Assembly: GCA_014896355.1 (NCBI GenBank)
Contig: JADBKO010000005.1
Location: 34,286 to 98,285 of the forward strand
From: Bacillota bacterium
GTDB taxonomy: Bacteria; Bacillota; UBA5301; Bu52
Length of the DNA: 64,000 nt
Reading direction: 5' to 3'
Shown: positions 30,870-40,684 of the stretch, piece by piece
Layout of the letters: every line of letters starts with the position of its first letter
How positions within the stretch are numbered: the stretch's first letter is position 1
The notes under the pieces: model-generated
What the model saw: only the letters and a program-made list of their open reading frames with translations
The model's database searches: none
What the model was told of the DNA's origin: nothing
Program-made: the position numbers and the translations under genes

Positions 30870-32543
30870 TTGCATATCGGCTTTGTTCCCTTAGACGACC
30901 GGCCATGTACAAGCCGGTTCGCTCCGGAGATTGCTGGGTTGGTGGGGGAGCGCCTGTTTCTTCCACCTCGGGAACTACTGGGGCATTTCCAAACTCCTGG
31001 AGACCGTGATGGCGTGATGGAGTGGCTGCATGATGTTTCGCCGCAGCTGGATGCATTGATTGTCAGCTGCGACATGCTGGCGTTCGGCGGGCTGGTTGCT
31101 TCACGGACGCCGGCGGTTCCTCTCGAAGAAGCGCTGGAACGGCTCAGGTGGCTCCACGATCTGAAGCGTGCGAACAGGGGGCTGACAATCCTAGGGTGGA
31201 GTGTGATCACACGGTTGTCCATCACTGCCCAGGACCGTCGCTCGGCACGCTACTGGCAGTACCTCCACGAGTACAACCAACTTCCGGGCGCCCGCACCGC
31301 TGGATGCTTGGACTCGGCCCCGGAGAAAGGCTTGGATTCTGTTGAACCGCTCGGCACCAGCGCGGCAAGCGCCCGCCTTCGGCACCTGGAACAGATAATT
31401 CCGGCAACCATTCTTCAGGCCTACCGGCAAGTCCGGCGGCGCAACCATGCAGTGAATCGGCTCGCCGTCGAATTGGCGGCGGACGGCACTTTCGATTACC
31501 TCTGTCTGTGCCAGGAAGACGCGGCGGTCAATGGCCCCCATAAAGCGGAGCAGGCGGCCCTGCTGAAGTTGGCTGAGGAGACGGGGGCGAGGCCGCGGGT
31601 AAACGTTTATCCGGGCGCGGACGAAGCAGGGATGGTTTTGTTGACCCGGGCTTTGCTTGGAGCCGCTGGCCGAACTCCTCAGGCTCTGTTTTTGTGTCTG
31701 CCTACGGCAGGCGCCGGCATAGTGCCGGAATATGAAGACCGCCCCTTGCGGGAAAACCTGCTCGCTCAGGCTGCCGCCGCCGGGATGAGGGGCAGGATCG
31801 TCTGTTCGGACCAGCTTCAGCGGGGCCTGCCGGAAGAAAGCCTGCTTTTCTGGGTCAACTGTCCGGATCCACCCTGCCTGGGCCCTCCCAGCTCATGCGC
31901 TCCACCCGTAGATCTCCAAACGCAGCGGGAGCAGGAATTCGAAACGCAGCTGGATTTGGTCCGAGGTGTGCTGGGGCGAAGCAGGTACGCGCTGCGTGGC
32001 TTCGGACCAGCCTCCGTTGTGGACGTGCGGGTTGCCAACGGGGGCGAGGATGCTTTCGTACGACGGCTCCTGCAAAAGGGGCTCGCGGGCCAGCTGGCGG
32101 CCTACGCCGGCTGGAATACGGCGGGGAATTCCATTGGCACCGCTCTGGCCATGGCCGGAATTGCGTGGCTGGGGGTCCGGGGCCGGCGCATCCCCGGCCG
32201 GCCTTCTGAATGGGATGGAGCCCTCCTGCATCGGCAGTTGCTGTGGCAACGCTTTACAGACGACTGGCTGTACCAGACAGTGGTGCGCCCGCGCCTTATG
32301 CGGTTCGTGGAGGAGCTCCATGACGATCCTTACCACCTGTCCAGTCGGGGCGCCACTCTGGTCGAAGAAAGATTGGCACGAGAATTGATTCCGTTAAGCC
32401 AGCAATGGTACCGTGTGTTTGCCGGAGAGACGTCGGCTGGTGGGAATGAGGCCGTCTCCGGCGTTCTGCCTCAAATCTGTTGTCGCCTGCCTTGGGGCCG
32501 CCTTTTCGAAGTGGAACTCAGCGTGCGCCTGGCTAGCGGTTAG
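30870..32543 (+). CDS. DUF4127-family protein, copy 2
   Basis: HIGFVPLDDRPCTSRF. Collinear similarity with copy 1 throughout (LAFGGL, NHA(L/V)N, YPGADE, LAAYAGWNTAGN, LFEV). TTG start with a GAAGGTGA SD. Confidence 0.7.
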   Translation: MHIGFVPLDDRPCTSRFAPEIAGLVGERLFLPPRELLGHFQTPGDRDGVMEWLHDVSPQLDALIVSCDMLAFGGLVASRTPAVPLEEALERLRWLHDLKRANRGLTILGWSVITRLSITAQDRRSARYWQYLHEYNQLPGARTAGCLDSAPEKGLDSVEPLGTSAASARLRHLEQIIPATILQAYRQVRRRNHAVNRLAVELAADGTFDYLCLCQEDAAVNGPHKAEQAALLKLAEETGARPRVNVYPGADEAGMVLLTRALLGAAGRTPQALFLCLPTAGAGIVPEYEDRPLRENLLAQAAAAGMRGRIVCSDQLQRGLPEESLLFWVNCPDPPCLGPPSSCAPPVDLQTQREQEFETQLDLVRGVLGRSRYALRGFGPASVVDVRVANGGEDAFVRRLLQKGLAGQLAAYAGWNTAGNSIGTALAMAGIAWLGVRGRRIPGRPSEWDGALLHRQLLWQRFTDDWLYQTVVRPRLMRFVEELHDDPYHLSSRGATLVEERLARELIPLSQQWYRVFAGETSAGGNEAVSGVLPQICCRLPWGRLFEVELSVRLASG

Positions 32544-32553
32544 GGGGATAATC

Positions 32554-33255
32554 ATGGGATCCTACGCTACCGTTTTTTCGCAAAAGGCTTTTGTTCTCAT
32601 TGCTTCGTTGCCTGCCAACGATCCAATCATTGCAAAGGAGGCTTTGAACGCGGGTGCGGATGTGCTGAAGGTGCACATCAACCTACACCACCGTGCCAGC
32701 GGCCAGCAGTTCGGCTCTCTCCACGAAGAGCAGAGCCGTCTGGTGGAGATCCTGCGCCTGGCCAGGGCCAAGGGGGTTCCCGTCGGGATCGTGCCTGGCG
32801 CCGAACCTGTTGTAAACCTTGGCCTGCTGACAGAGCTGCGGGACATGGGATTTTCCTTCATATCCGCTTATGCGCAACATCTTGGGCCCGAGGCTCTAAC
32901 CCTGACTGGAATCGACCGCATGATTGCCCCGGATTATACCTATTCCATACCGGAGGTCACGGCGCTGGGAACTTTGGGATTCGAGGTGCTGGAGGCTTCC
33001 GTGATTCCCCCGGACCGGTACGGGGCTCCCTTGAGCCTTCGTGATCTGGCTAGATACCATGCCATTGCTACGGCTGTCCCCATGCCCGTCGTGGTTCCCA
33101 CGCAGCTGCGGATCCAGCCGGAGGAAGTTTCGTTTCTGCGACAGGCCGGGGTCAGAGGCGTAATGATTGGGGCTGTGGTGACGGGCAGGGACGCGGCGGG
33201 GATGGCCCGGGCTACCCAGGCATTCCGCCGTGCCATCGACGGGTCCAGGCTGTGA
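32554..33255 (+). CDS. NanE-like TIM-barrel protein (putative sugar-phosphate epimerase, distant paralog of nanE)
   Basis: VLIASLPANDPIIAKEALNAGADVLKVHINL parallels the NanE stretch LIVSCQALPDEPLH..MAQMAVAAWQGGAAGIRANS. ATG 32554 has a GGGGGA SD, immediately after the DUF4127 stop. Confidence 0.45.
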   Translation: MGSYATVFSQKAFVLIASLPANDPIIAKEALNAGADVLKVHINLHHRASGQQFGSLHEEQSRLVEILRLARAKGVPVGIVPGAEPVVNLGLLTELRDMGFSFISAYAQHLGPEALTLTGIDRMIAPDYTYSIPEVTALGTLGFEVLEASVIPPDRYGAPLSLRDLARYHAIATAVPMPVVVPTQLRIQPEEVSFLRQAGVRGVMIGAVVTGRDAAGMARATQAFRRAIDGSRL

Positions 33256-33267
33256 CGGAGGAAGATC

Positions 33268-34770
33268 ATGGGCCGAGATATAGCTCCAGTTGCGGGTCAA
33301 TCAGATCATCCAGCCCCATCGAGCGAGGCTTTGCATCCGGACGTCCTTGTGGTAGGCGGAGGCCCAGCGGGCCTGGCTGCCGCTGTAGCCGCCGCCCGCC
33401 AGGGATGTTCCACGATGCTGCTGGAGCGTTATGGATTTGTGGGCGGGACTCCGGTGGCGGCTCTGGTGGGTCCCATGATGACTTTTCATGCAGGTAGCCG
33501 CGCTGTGGTGGGCGGCATCGGCCAGGAAATCGTTGACAAGCTGGTACAGATGGAGGCTTCCCCTGGTCACGTGCCGGACATGATCGGCTTTGTCCCCTCC
33601 TTGACGCCCTTTGACCCGGAAGCGTTAAAAGATGTTGCACTAGATCTCGTACTGGGGTCCGGGGTGCAGCTTTGCCTGCATTGTTGTGCTGCCTCGGTGC
33701 AGGTGGACCGCGGCCGGATCGAATCTGTGCGGGCCTTTGGGCGCTGGGGCGAACTGGAGATTCATCCTGCCTTCGTGGTGGACGCCACCGGCGACGCCGA
33801 CATTGCGGCCCGTGGAGGCTTCTCCTTTGAGATCGGACGCCCAGGCGACGGTCTTGTTCAGCCAGCAACTTTGATCCTTCGCGTGGGTGGAGTGGACCTC
33901 GCGGAGCTGAGGCAGTATGTGGCGGATCATCCGGACGACTTCGTGCTGGGTTGTGCACCTGGCGAGATCATGGAATTTCCATGGCTGTCCGTGGCGGGCT
34001 TTTTCTCCATTGTCAAGAAAGCCCGCGAGCGGGGGGAATTCGGTGTTCCCAGGGACAGGGTGCTGGCATTTCAGGGTATCCACCCTGGGGAGATGCTGAT
34101 CAACATGACGCGGGTCCACGTCCGCCCTGGCTCCCTGCAGGAGCTAACCCGCGCGGAAGTGGAGGGCCGGCGGCAGAGCCAGGAGGTCCTGCGTTTTTTG
34201 CGGCGGTACGTGCCCGGATTCCGGCAAGCGTATCTCATGCAGTCCGGCGTTCAAGTGGGGTTCCGCGAGTCGCGGAGAATTGTGGGGCACTACGTACTCA
34301 CCGCCCGGGATGTGGTGCAGGGAAGCCGCCTGCCCGATGCCGTGGCCATGGGAGGGTTCCCCATCGACATCCATTCGCCGGCGGGTAAGGGCCTGGGGGC
34401 CTACCAGCCGGCGGCACCGCTGGGCTATGAGATTCCCCTGCGGGCCCTGATCCCGGCAGGGGCGAAGAACTTACTGGTGGCGGGGCGATGCATCTCCAGC
34501 ACCCATGAGGCCCATGCCTCAGTGCGGGCGACGCCGACCTGCTTCGCCACAGGCCAGGCGGCAGGGACCGCAGCGGCTGTGGCCGCGAAGGAAGGGATCC
34601 TGGACCTCTCAAGCGTTGCTGACCTGCAGGCAGTACAGGTTGGCACAGCGGCGGCAACGGGAGGAGCGAAGCTGATCCGTCTTGTTCAGGAAGCCTTGCT
34701 TTCCGCCGGCGCCATCTTTAACAGCAGTCTAGTGAGAAAGGAGGACGCGCATATGCGTGCGTCTCGCTAG
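33268..34770 (+). CDS. FAD-dependent oxidoreductase (pfam12831-like), copy 2
   Basis: DVLVVGGGPAGLAAAVAAARQGCSTMLLERYGFVGG. Collinear with copy 1 (VVDATGDADIA, GFRESRRIVG, C-terminal GRCIS..H..A..R..P.C...GQAAGTAAA). Confidence 0.8.
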   Translation: MGRDIAPVAGQSDHPAPSSEALHPDVLVVGGGPAGLAAAVAAARQGCSTMLLERYGFVGGTPVAALVGPMMTFHAGSRAVVGGIGQEIVDKLVQMEASPGHVPDMIGFVPSLTPFDPEALKDVALDLVLGSGVQLCLHCCAASVQVDRGRIESVRAFGRWGELEIHPAFVVDATGDADIAARGGFSFEIGRPGDGLVQPATLILRVGGVDLAELRQYVADHPDDFVLGCAPGEIMEFPWLSVAGFFSIVKKARERGEFGVPRDRVLAFQGIHPGEMLINMTRVHVRPGSLQELTRAEVEGRRQSQEVLRFLRRYVPGFRQAYLMQSGVQVGFRESRRIVGHYVLTARDVVQGSRLPDAVAMGGFPIDIHSPAGKGLGAYQPAAPLGYEIPLRALIPAGAKNLLVAGRCISSTHEAHASVRATPTCFATGQAAGTAAAVAAKEGILDLSSVADLQAVQVGTAAATGGAKLIRLVQEALLSAGAIFNSSLVRKEDAHMRASR

Positions 34771-34855
34771 AGCTCTGGTAACCCTATTGCGGTCCGCGTT
34801 CAGCGCTACGTAGAGATCAACCGGGAAAACTCATTTGATGAGGGAGGCTTTATCC

Positions 34856-36178
34856 ATGTTTCGAAGGATGTTCAATCTAGAACGTGCACAGTCCCGGCTG
34901 GCTACGCCAGGCGGGGGCCTGCGGATGGCCTTGATAATACTCGCCGTAGCCGCCTGTCTTTCTGCCGTTACGCCTTCTGCCTGGGCGGCTTCCCGGACCA
35001 CGGTGACTTTTTGGATGGCTGGCAATGACCAGAAATTCATGGATACCGTCAACACCCAGCTTCTCCCTGCCTTTGAGAAGAAGTATCCCAAAATCGATCT
35101 CCAGATCACGTTCGTGCCGTGGGAAACTCTCTCTGTGAAGCTGGCAACGGCATTCGCCGGAGGCATGGCGCCGGACGTCTTTATGCACGGGGCAGCCGCC
35201 ACTGCTGGCTTTGCCGCAACGGGCCGCGTGGAGCCTTTGGATTCCTTGATCGCCAAGATGCCGGACGCCAGGGACTTCGGCAGCACCCTGGAGCAAGGTA
35301 ACTACTACGGAAAGCATTACATGATCCCCGTCTTCGGCGCCGGCCGGCTTCTGATGTATCGAGCTGACGAATTCAAGGAAGCGGGCCTCAATCCCGATGA
35401 GCCTCCGGCCACATGGGAGGAGTTCCGGAATGCAGCGATAAAACTCGCGATCCGCCGGGGAAATCAGATTGTTCGCGAAGGTATTGATCTCCCCACATCC
35501 GGCATCGATGCCCAGCAGATCTTTGCCTGCTTCCTGTGGCAGGCAGGAGGCAGCTTCTTCAACCGTGATTACACGCGGGTGACATTCAACGATGCCCACG
35601 GCGTGGAGGCCCTACAGTTTCTGGCGAATCTGATCCAAAAGGATAAGGTCGCAGATACTAGCATTAATCTGGGGCAGGGTAACGTGCCGCCTATCGCCAC
35701 CAACCAGGTTGCCATGCTTTTCGCCGTGCCGGGAGATGTGGCCCAAGTGAAAACCTACGCTCCCGGAATTTATAAGGAGATCCGGGTCGCACCGCCGCTA
35801 AAGAACAAAGAACAATGGACTTTCTACAGCTTCTCAGGGATGTTCATGTCCAAGACCAGCAAACATAAAGAAGACGCCTGGAAAGTCATGGAGTTCTTCT
35901 CCAGCCCCGAAGCTTTGGAGAAGATCAACGCATCCATGGGCACCCTTCCGCCGCGCCGTTCGCTGGCCAAGGCTCCGGCCTTCGCATCCGATCCGAACAT
36001 CCGGGCCTTTGTGGAAAGCATGCAATACGCAAGGGGAAACCCAAACATCGCCCAGTGGGTGCAGATCCGAGACATCCTGTCCCGGTACCTGGAGCAGGCG
36101 TTGTATGGCCGAATGACGCCGAAAGCTGCACTGGACCAGGCGGCCAAAGAGGCAGACGCCCTGCTGAGCAACCGCTAA
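34856..36178 (+). CDS. ABC transporter substrate-binding protein (CUT1 family)
   Basis: Signal peptide and SBP_bac_1-like sequence. ATG 34856 has a GAGGGAGG SD; the track ORF starts at 34835. Confidence 0.85.
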   Translation: MFRRMFNLERAQSRLATPGGGLRMALIILAVAACLSAVTPSAWAASRTTVTFWMAGNDQKFMDTVNTQLLPAFEKKYPKIDLQITFVPWETLSVKLATAFAGGMAPDVFMHGAAATAGFAATGRVEPLDSLIAKMPDARDFGSTLEQGNYYGKHYMIPVFGAGRLLMYRADEFKEAGLNPDEPPATWEEFRNAAIKLAIRRGNQIVREGIDLPTSGIDAQQIFACFLWQAGGSFFNRDYTRVTFNDAHGVEALQFLANLIQKDKVADTSINLGQGNVPPIATNQVAMLFAVPGDVAQVKTYAPGIYKEIRVAPPLKNKEQWTFYSFSGMFMSKTSKHKEDAWKVMEFFSSPEALEKINASMGTLPPRRSLAKAPAFASDPNIRAFVESMQYARGNPNIAQWVQIRDILSRYLEQALYGRMTPKAALDQAAKEADALLSNR

Positions 36179-36332
36179 GGGCTGCGCCTCAGGTAAAAGC
36201 CAGTAGTGAGAGTGGGCAAAATGCGGGAGAGGCGGGGCCAGGGGCGTGCGGGCCCCTACCTCTCCTACACGCCGCTCCGGTGCCTCCGAAGTCCCCTGTG
36301 GTTCCAGATCGACGCAGCTGGAGGGTTATTGT

Positions 36333-37229
36333 ATGTCATCATTATCTGCTTATTGGCGCAACAGGACACGCCGTGAACAGATGCTCACAGGGTACGCTTT
36401 TGTGGCACCCATTGTCCTATACACCCTAGTCACCGGGTTCATCCCCGTTGTAAGCTCGCTGTATCTGAGCTTCACAAACTACAACATGATGACGCCCGCG
36501 CGTTGGATTGGCCTCCAGAACTACGTTCAGGTCCTCTTCCACGACTCGCTCTTTTGGAGAGCCATGCTCAATACTGCCCAGTACTCTCTGGAGGTCCTTC
36601 CCCTCAATGTTCTTTTTTCCTTGTGCTTGGCCTTGTTGGTGAACCAAAAGCTGCGGGGAATTACAATCTTCCGTACGCTTTACTACCTGCCCGTGGTCAC
36701 CTCCAGCATTGCTGTGAGTATGATCTGGCTCTGGTTATACAACAAGAACTCAGGGCTGATCAACTTGTTTCTGGGGCTTTTCGGGTTGGGGCCTGTCGAC
36801 TGGCTGGGGACGCCGGGCCTGGCGCTGCATTCGCTCGTCTTGATGCGGGTCTGGAAAGGGATCGGCTGGAACATGGTGATCTATCTGGCGGGCCTCCAGG
36901 GGATTCCGAAATACCTGTACGAAGCCGCGGACATCGACGGGGCCTCCGGCTGGAAGAAATTCTCCCAAGTTACCTGGCCTTCGTTGCGTCCGGTGACCTA
37001 CTATATCGTGGTGATGGGGCTTATCAGCACCTTCCAAACCTTTGCCGAAATCTACGCCATGACCAACGGGGGGCCGCTAGGATCCACCACAACCGTGGCT
37101 TATCTGATCTATCAGCGTGCCTTCGGAGCCTTTGACATGGGCAATGCATCGGCTGTGTCTTTCATTCTGTTCGTGGTGATTTTCGGGCTGTCGCTGGTGA
37201 ACGTGAAGTACTTCCAGCCGCAAGACTAA
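36333..37229 (+). CDS. ABC sugar transporter permease (MalF-like)
   Basis: EAA loop EAADIDGASGWKKFSQVTWP. ATG 36333 has a GGAGGG SD. Confidence 0.85.
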   Translation: MSSLSAYWRNRTRREQMLTGYAFVAPIVLYTLVTGFIPVVSSLYLSFTNYNMMTPARWIGLQNYVQVLFHDSLFWRAMLNTAQYSLEVLPLNVLFSLCLALLVNQKLRGITIFRTLYYLPVVTSSIAVSMIWLWLYNKNSGLINLFLGLFGLGPVDWLGTPGLALHSLVLMRVWKGIGWNMVIYLAGLQGIPKYLYEAADIDGASGWKKFSQVTWPSLRPVTYYIVVMGLISTFQTFAEIYAMTNGGPLGSTTTVAYLIYQRAFGAFDMGNASAVSFILFVVIFGLSLVNVKYFQPQD

Positions 37230-38156
37230 TGGTTACTGGGGGCGAAAATGTGGCACAGACAGTGGTCTACGGACGGCTCGCCGGGCGCGAATTCCGGTTT
37301 GCCGTTCGCAAGCTGGGCACTTACCTGGTTTTGACATGTGTGGCGGTGGTGATGGCGGCGCCGTTCCTCTGGATGCTGCTCAGTTCGTTCAAACCAGACG
37401 CCGAACTCTTTGCCTATCCGCCGGTATGGCTGCCCAGGCACGTGACACTTCAACACTATATCGACGCCTTCTCGCATTCCTTGTTCGCTCGCTATTTCTT
37501 CAATAGCCTGGTGGTGACGGGATTGGCGACTGTGGCAAACCTGTTCTTTTGTGCCCTGGCCGGGTATGCCTTCGCCCGCCTGGACTTTCCCGGGCGAGAT
37601 GTGATCTTTTACGCTCTACTGGGGACCATGATGATCCCGGGTTATGTTACGCTGATCCCCCTGTTCATCATCGTCAAGAGCATTCCTTTCGCCGGGGGGA
37701 ATAACTGGTTAGGGCAGGGCGGGACGGGTTGGGTGAACACCTTGCCGGGCCTCGCGTTTCCTTACCTGATGAGTGTTTTCGGGGTTTTTCTTGTCCGCCA
37801 GTTCTTTCGGACGATACCTACGGATCTTAAACGACGCAGCACGTATTGATGGTGCCTCGGAGTTTACGATTTTCTGGCGTATCTACGTACCGCTGAGCCG
37901 CCCGGCGCTGATGACTCTGGGTATTTTCAGCTTCACCTCCGTGTGGGATGATTTTCTTTGGCCACTGGTCATCACGAATACAGAAGCCATGCGCACAGTC
38001 CAACTGGGGCTTCAGACGTTCCAGAGCCAGTTCTTTACAAATTGGGGAGGGCTGATGGCTGCCACATTGGTGGTGACGGTGCCAACTTTGTTGATTTTCA
38101 TATTCGGCCAGAAGTACTTCATTGAGGGAATTGCTACCGGCGGCATCAAGGGCTAA
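37229..38156 (+). pseudogene. ABC sugar transporter permease (MalG-like) broken by a +1 frameshift near 37829-37831
   Basis: Track ORFs 37229-37849 and 37773-38156 are two halves of one permease. The EAA loop reads ...FFRTIPTDLK|RRSTY* in frame 1 and continues ...LNDAARIDGASEF in the other frame. An extra A in the run cttAAAcgac explains it. Confidence 0.7.
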
Positions 38157-38204
38157 CGAAGAAGTACCAGCCTTCGGCCGTACTGTGCCCCGGAGGTCCC
38201 GGGG

Positions 38205-40043
38205 TTACTTGTCGCTGACCTCCTGCCGTCCAGAAGGAGTGAGCAGCGTCGGTACAAGCTGCACGAACGCTTGCACCAGCTCCGGGTCGAACTGCGTGCC
38301 GGCGTTGGCCAGCAGCTCTGCTTGCGCTTCAGCGAACGTGAGGCCGGGGCGGTACGGCCTGCTGGTGGTCATTGCGTCGAAAGAGTCGGCGATGGCCAGA
38401 ATCCGGGCCACGACCGGTATTTGCCGGCCTTTGAGCCCAGCGGGATAACCCCGGCCGTCAAAACGCTCGTGGTGGTGTCGGATGGCTGGCACCAAAGCTT
38501 GTAGCTCCGCCACATGACCTACGATACTGACACCCCGGTCTGGGTGGGTGCGCACGATCTCCCACTCTTCAGCCGAAAGCCGCCCTGGCTTGCCCAAAAC
38601 ATGGTCCGGGACTGCCAGCTTGCCGATATCATGCAGCAGCCCGGCGGCAAAGACCTGGCGCACGAGCTCCGGTTTCCATCCCAGGGCCTGTGCCAGGCGG
38701 CGGGCGTAACGCGCCACACGCTGAGAGTGGCCGCGGGTGTAAGGGTCGCGAGCATCGATGGCCGCCGCCAGGGCAGCCACGGTCCGGGTGTGCAGACGCC
38801 ATAGATTGTTGCTTAGCAGCGAGGCGCCCAGGGAGGCGCCGCTTAAAATCGCCAGGGACCGCAGGAACCGTTGCTGATTCTCGGAAAACGGCCGCCCGTC
38901 CCGGCGGATGGCTTGAAGCACGCCTAGCCGGCGGGGGCCGGAGGACATGGATATGCTGAGGGCCGCGAAAGAGGGGTCAAGGATTGGTTCGCCCGATTCC
39001 AGCGCCCGCTGAGCCTGAGCCAAGAGCGCATCGCGGGCGGGTGCTTCCGGGAATGAGCCGGGCCGCGCCTCGTCCGGCGTCTTGGATCGTGGGGCGCCCA
39101 TCCCACGCCATGCCTTCAGGGCCACCGTGGTATCCGGCCCATGAAGTGGCCCGGCCGGTCCGCCCGGCCCCTCCACGACAGGCAGTCCCGTTTGCCGGGC
39201 CACCGTTTCGTCCAAATAGATTGCAGCCTCGTCGGCGCCGGCCAAGCCAGCCACCGCATCCACGGTGAATTGTAGAATTTGGGAAGGAGTTAGACCTGTG
39301 ACCGCCTCCGCCAGGCTCTCCAACGCCGCTGCCGTGGCTTCGGATTCCTGGCGCTTCATGCGGTCCCGAAAGTGCGTCCAAAGCCACGCTGCTTCGCGTC
39401 CCACCACAAGAAGGAGCTCCAGCAGAGAGTTTGCCGGGGGTACCGGGTCTTCCGGCCCCTGCAGCACCAGGAACAGACGGGCGGGCGGGGACCCGCCAGG
39501 GCCGTGAAAAGGGACGCTGTACAGCCTGGCCGGCGGTCCGGCTGGCAGCAGCTCCCGCAGCTCTCCCCCAAGGGGTTGCCGGGCCAGCCGCGTACCCGGA
39601 CCAAAATGAGACGGGTTGGCCAGGCTTTGCACCACCGCTGGCGGCAGGTTCCAGACGCTCACCGCCACACCGGCAGGGATTTCCGCCGCGTGGCCTTCTG
39701 CCGCGTAGTCTTCTGCCGCGTGGCCGGTTAAAAAAGGCCCCCCAGCCCGGTCCATTTCATCGGACCACGCTGCTTGGTCCTGGCCGTACAAGGCGAGCAG
39801 CGCGCCGCAGGAACTGGATCTGGGGATGAGTCCGCTTTCCTGTGCAAAGCGACAGAACTGCTCGAGGAGCCATGCGACGGCCCGCTCCCCCATAGACGAG
39901 CGTTGGATTGCAGTGGCGGTCCACTCCTCCAGACGGGGAAGACTCCGGGTCAATCCCACCGTCTCAACCTGAGCTCCAAAGGGGGCTGGAGTTTGCCCGC
40001 CGCCCATGGAACGCTCGTCTCCGCTCGTGGAAGCTCGCAGCAC
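38205..40043 (-). CDS. GAF-domain HD-GYP phosphodiesterase-like signalling protein
   Basis: C-terminal HD-GYP domain (LLHDIGKLAVP, HHERFDGRGYPAGL). The start is uncertain. Confidence 0.8.
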   Translation of the reverse strand: MLRASTSGDERSMGGGQTPAPFGAQVETVGLTRSLPRLEEWTATAIQRSSMGERAVAWLLEQFCRFAQESGLIPRSSSCGALLALYGQDQAAWSDEMDRAGGPFLTGHAAEDYAAEGHAAEIPAGVAVSVWNLPPAVVQSLANPSHFGPGTRLARQPLGGELRELLPAGPPARLYSVPFHGPGGSPPARLFLVLQGPEDPVPPANSLLELLLVVGREAAWLWTHFRDRMKRQESEATAAALESLAEAVTGLTPSQILQFTVDAVAGLAGADEAAIYLDETVARQTGLPVVEGPGGPAGPLHGPDTTVALKAWRGMGAPRSKTPDEARPGSFPEAPARDALLAQAQRALESGEPILDPSFAALSISMSSGPRRLGVLQAIRRDGRPFSENQQRFLRSLAILSGASLGASLLSNNLWRLHTRTVAALAAAIDARDPYTRGHSQRVARYARRLAQALGWKPELVRQVFAAGLLHDIGKLAVPDHVLGKPGRLSAEEWEIVRTHPDRGVSIVGHVAELQALVPAIRHHHERFDGRGYPAGLKGRQIPVVARILAIADSFDAMTTSRPYRPGLTFAEAQAELLANAGTQFDPELVQAFVQLVPTLLTPSGRQEVSDK

Positions 40044-40107
40044 GTTTGTCGAGGCCCCGATCTGCGGGTGGACATTCGCGGTGGAAGGCCTCTTCCTCCC
40101 TTACCGA

Positions 40108-40470
40108 TCAAAGGTGTGGCGAGCCCAGGCTTTGAGCGCCATCCGTTTCTTCGTCCGCGGTTTCGGCCTCCTCCTCGTCGGCGGCAGGCCCGATGGGCTG
40201 CACCACCGGCGGGGAATAACGATAGACCGCACTGCGGCGCGGCGCTGCCTTAGGCAGCCCCTGGCTTTCGCCCTGCTTGGTCAAGATGCCCCGCTCCACC
40301 AGCCTCTGAACCGCCAACGCCACAAGCCCCGGGTCACGGCCCACCCGCGACGCAATGCCAGGCAGAGTGTCGGCCAAGCCCACGTTCCGCTGGAACAGCG
40401 CCATGACCTCCACCTGCACGCGGGTAAGGAGGGCTTCATCCTCCGTGGCCAGGCTCGGTGTCCCCTCCAA
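40108..40470 (-). CDS. Small winged-helix protein (120 aa), hypothetical regulator
   Basis: High-GC3 ORF with an AAGGAG SD. Helix-turn-helix-like TLPGIASRVGRDPGLVALAVQRLVERGIL and an acidic tail. It lies immediately upstream of and co-oriented with the HD-GYP gene. Confidence 0.5.
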   Translation of the reverse strand: MEGTPSLATEDEALLTRVQVEVMALFQRNVGLADTLPGIASRVGRDPGLVALAVQRLVERGILTKQGESQGLPKAAPRRSAVYRYSPPVVQPIGPAADEEEAETADEETDGAQSLGSPHL

Positions 40471-40684
40471 CTCCTGCTCGCTCCTTTCTACGTCGTGGCG
40501 GGATACGCGGCGCTTGCCCTCGCGCTTGCCCTACACGTGCTCTGTAGAAATGATTCCAGCTGTCGATAGCAGAATCCTTCCACGGCAGGAAATCCTTGGA
40601 AATCCCAGAAAATTATCTAGCAGGACGCCGCGGACGGGGGAAGGGACGTCCGGGTGAGGCGAAATCTGGAGGTGCAAGCCCAAA

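Noticed and set aside
38157-38204. Hairpin GCCCCGGAGGTCCCGGGG between the convergent permease pseudogene and the HD-GYP gene, considered as a bidirectional terminator
   Set aside because: No U-run on either strand, so it is too weak to call.
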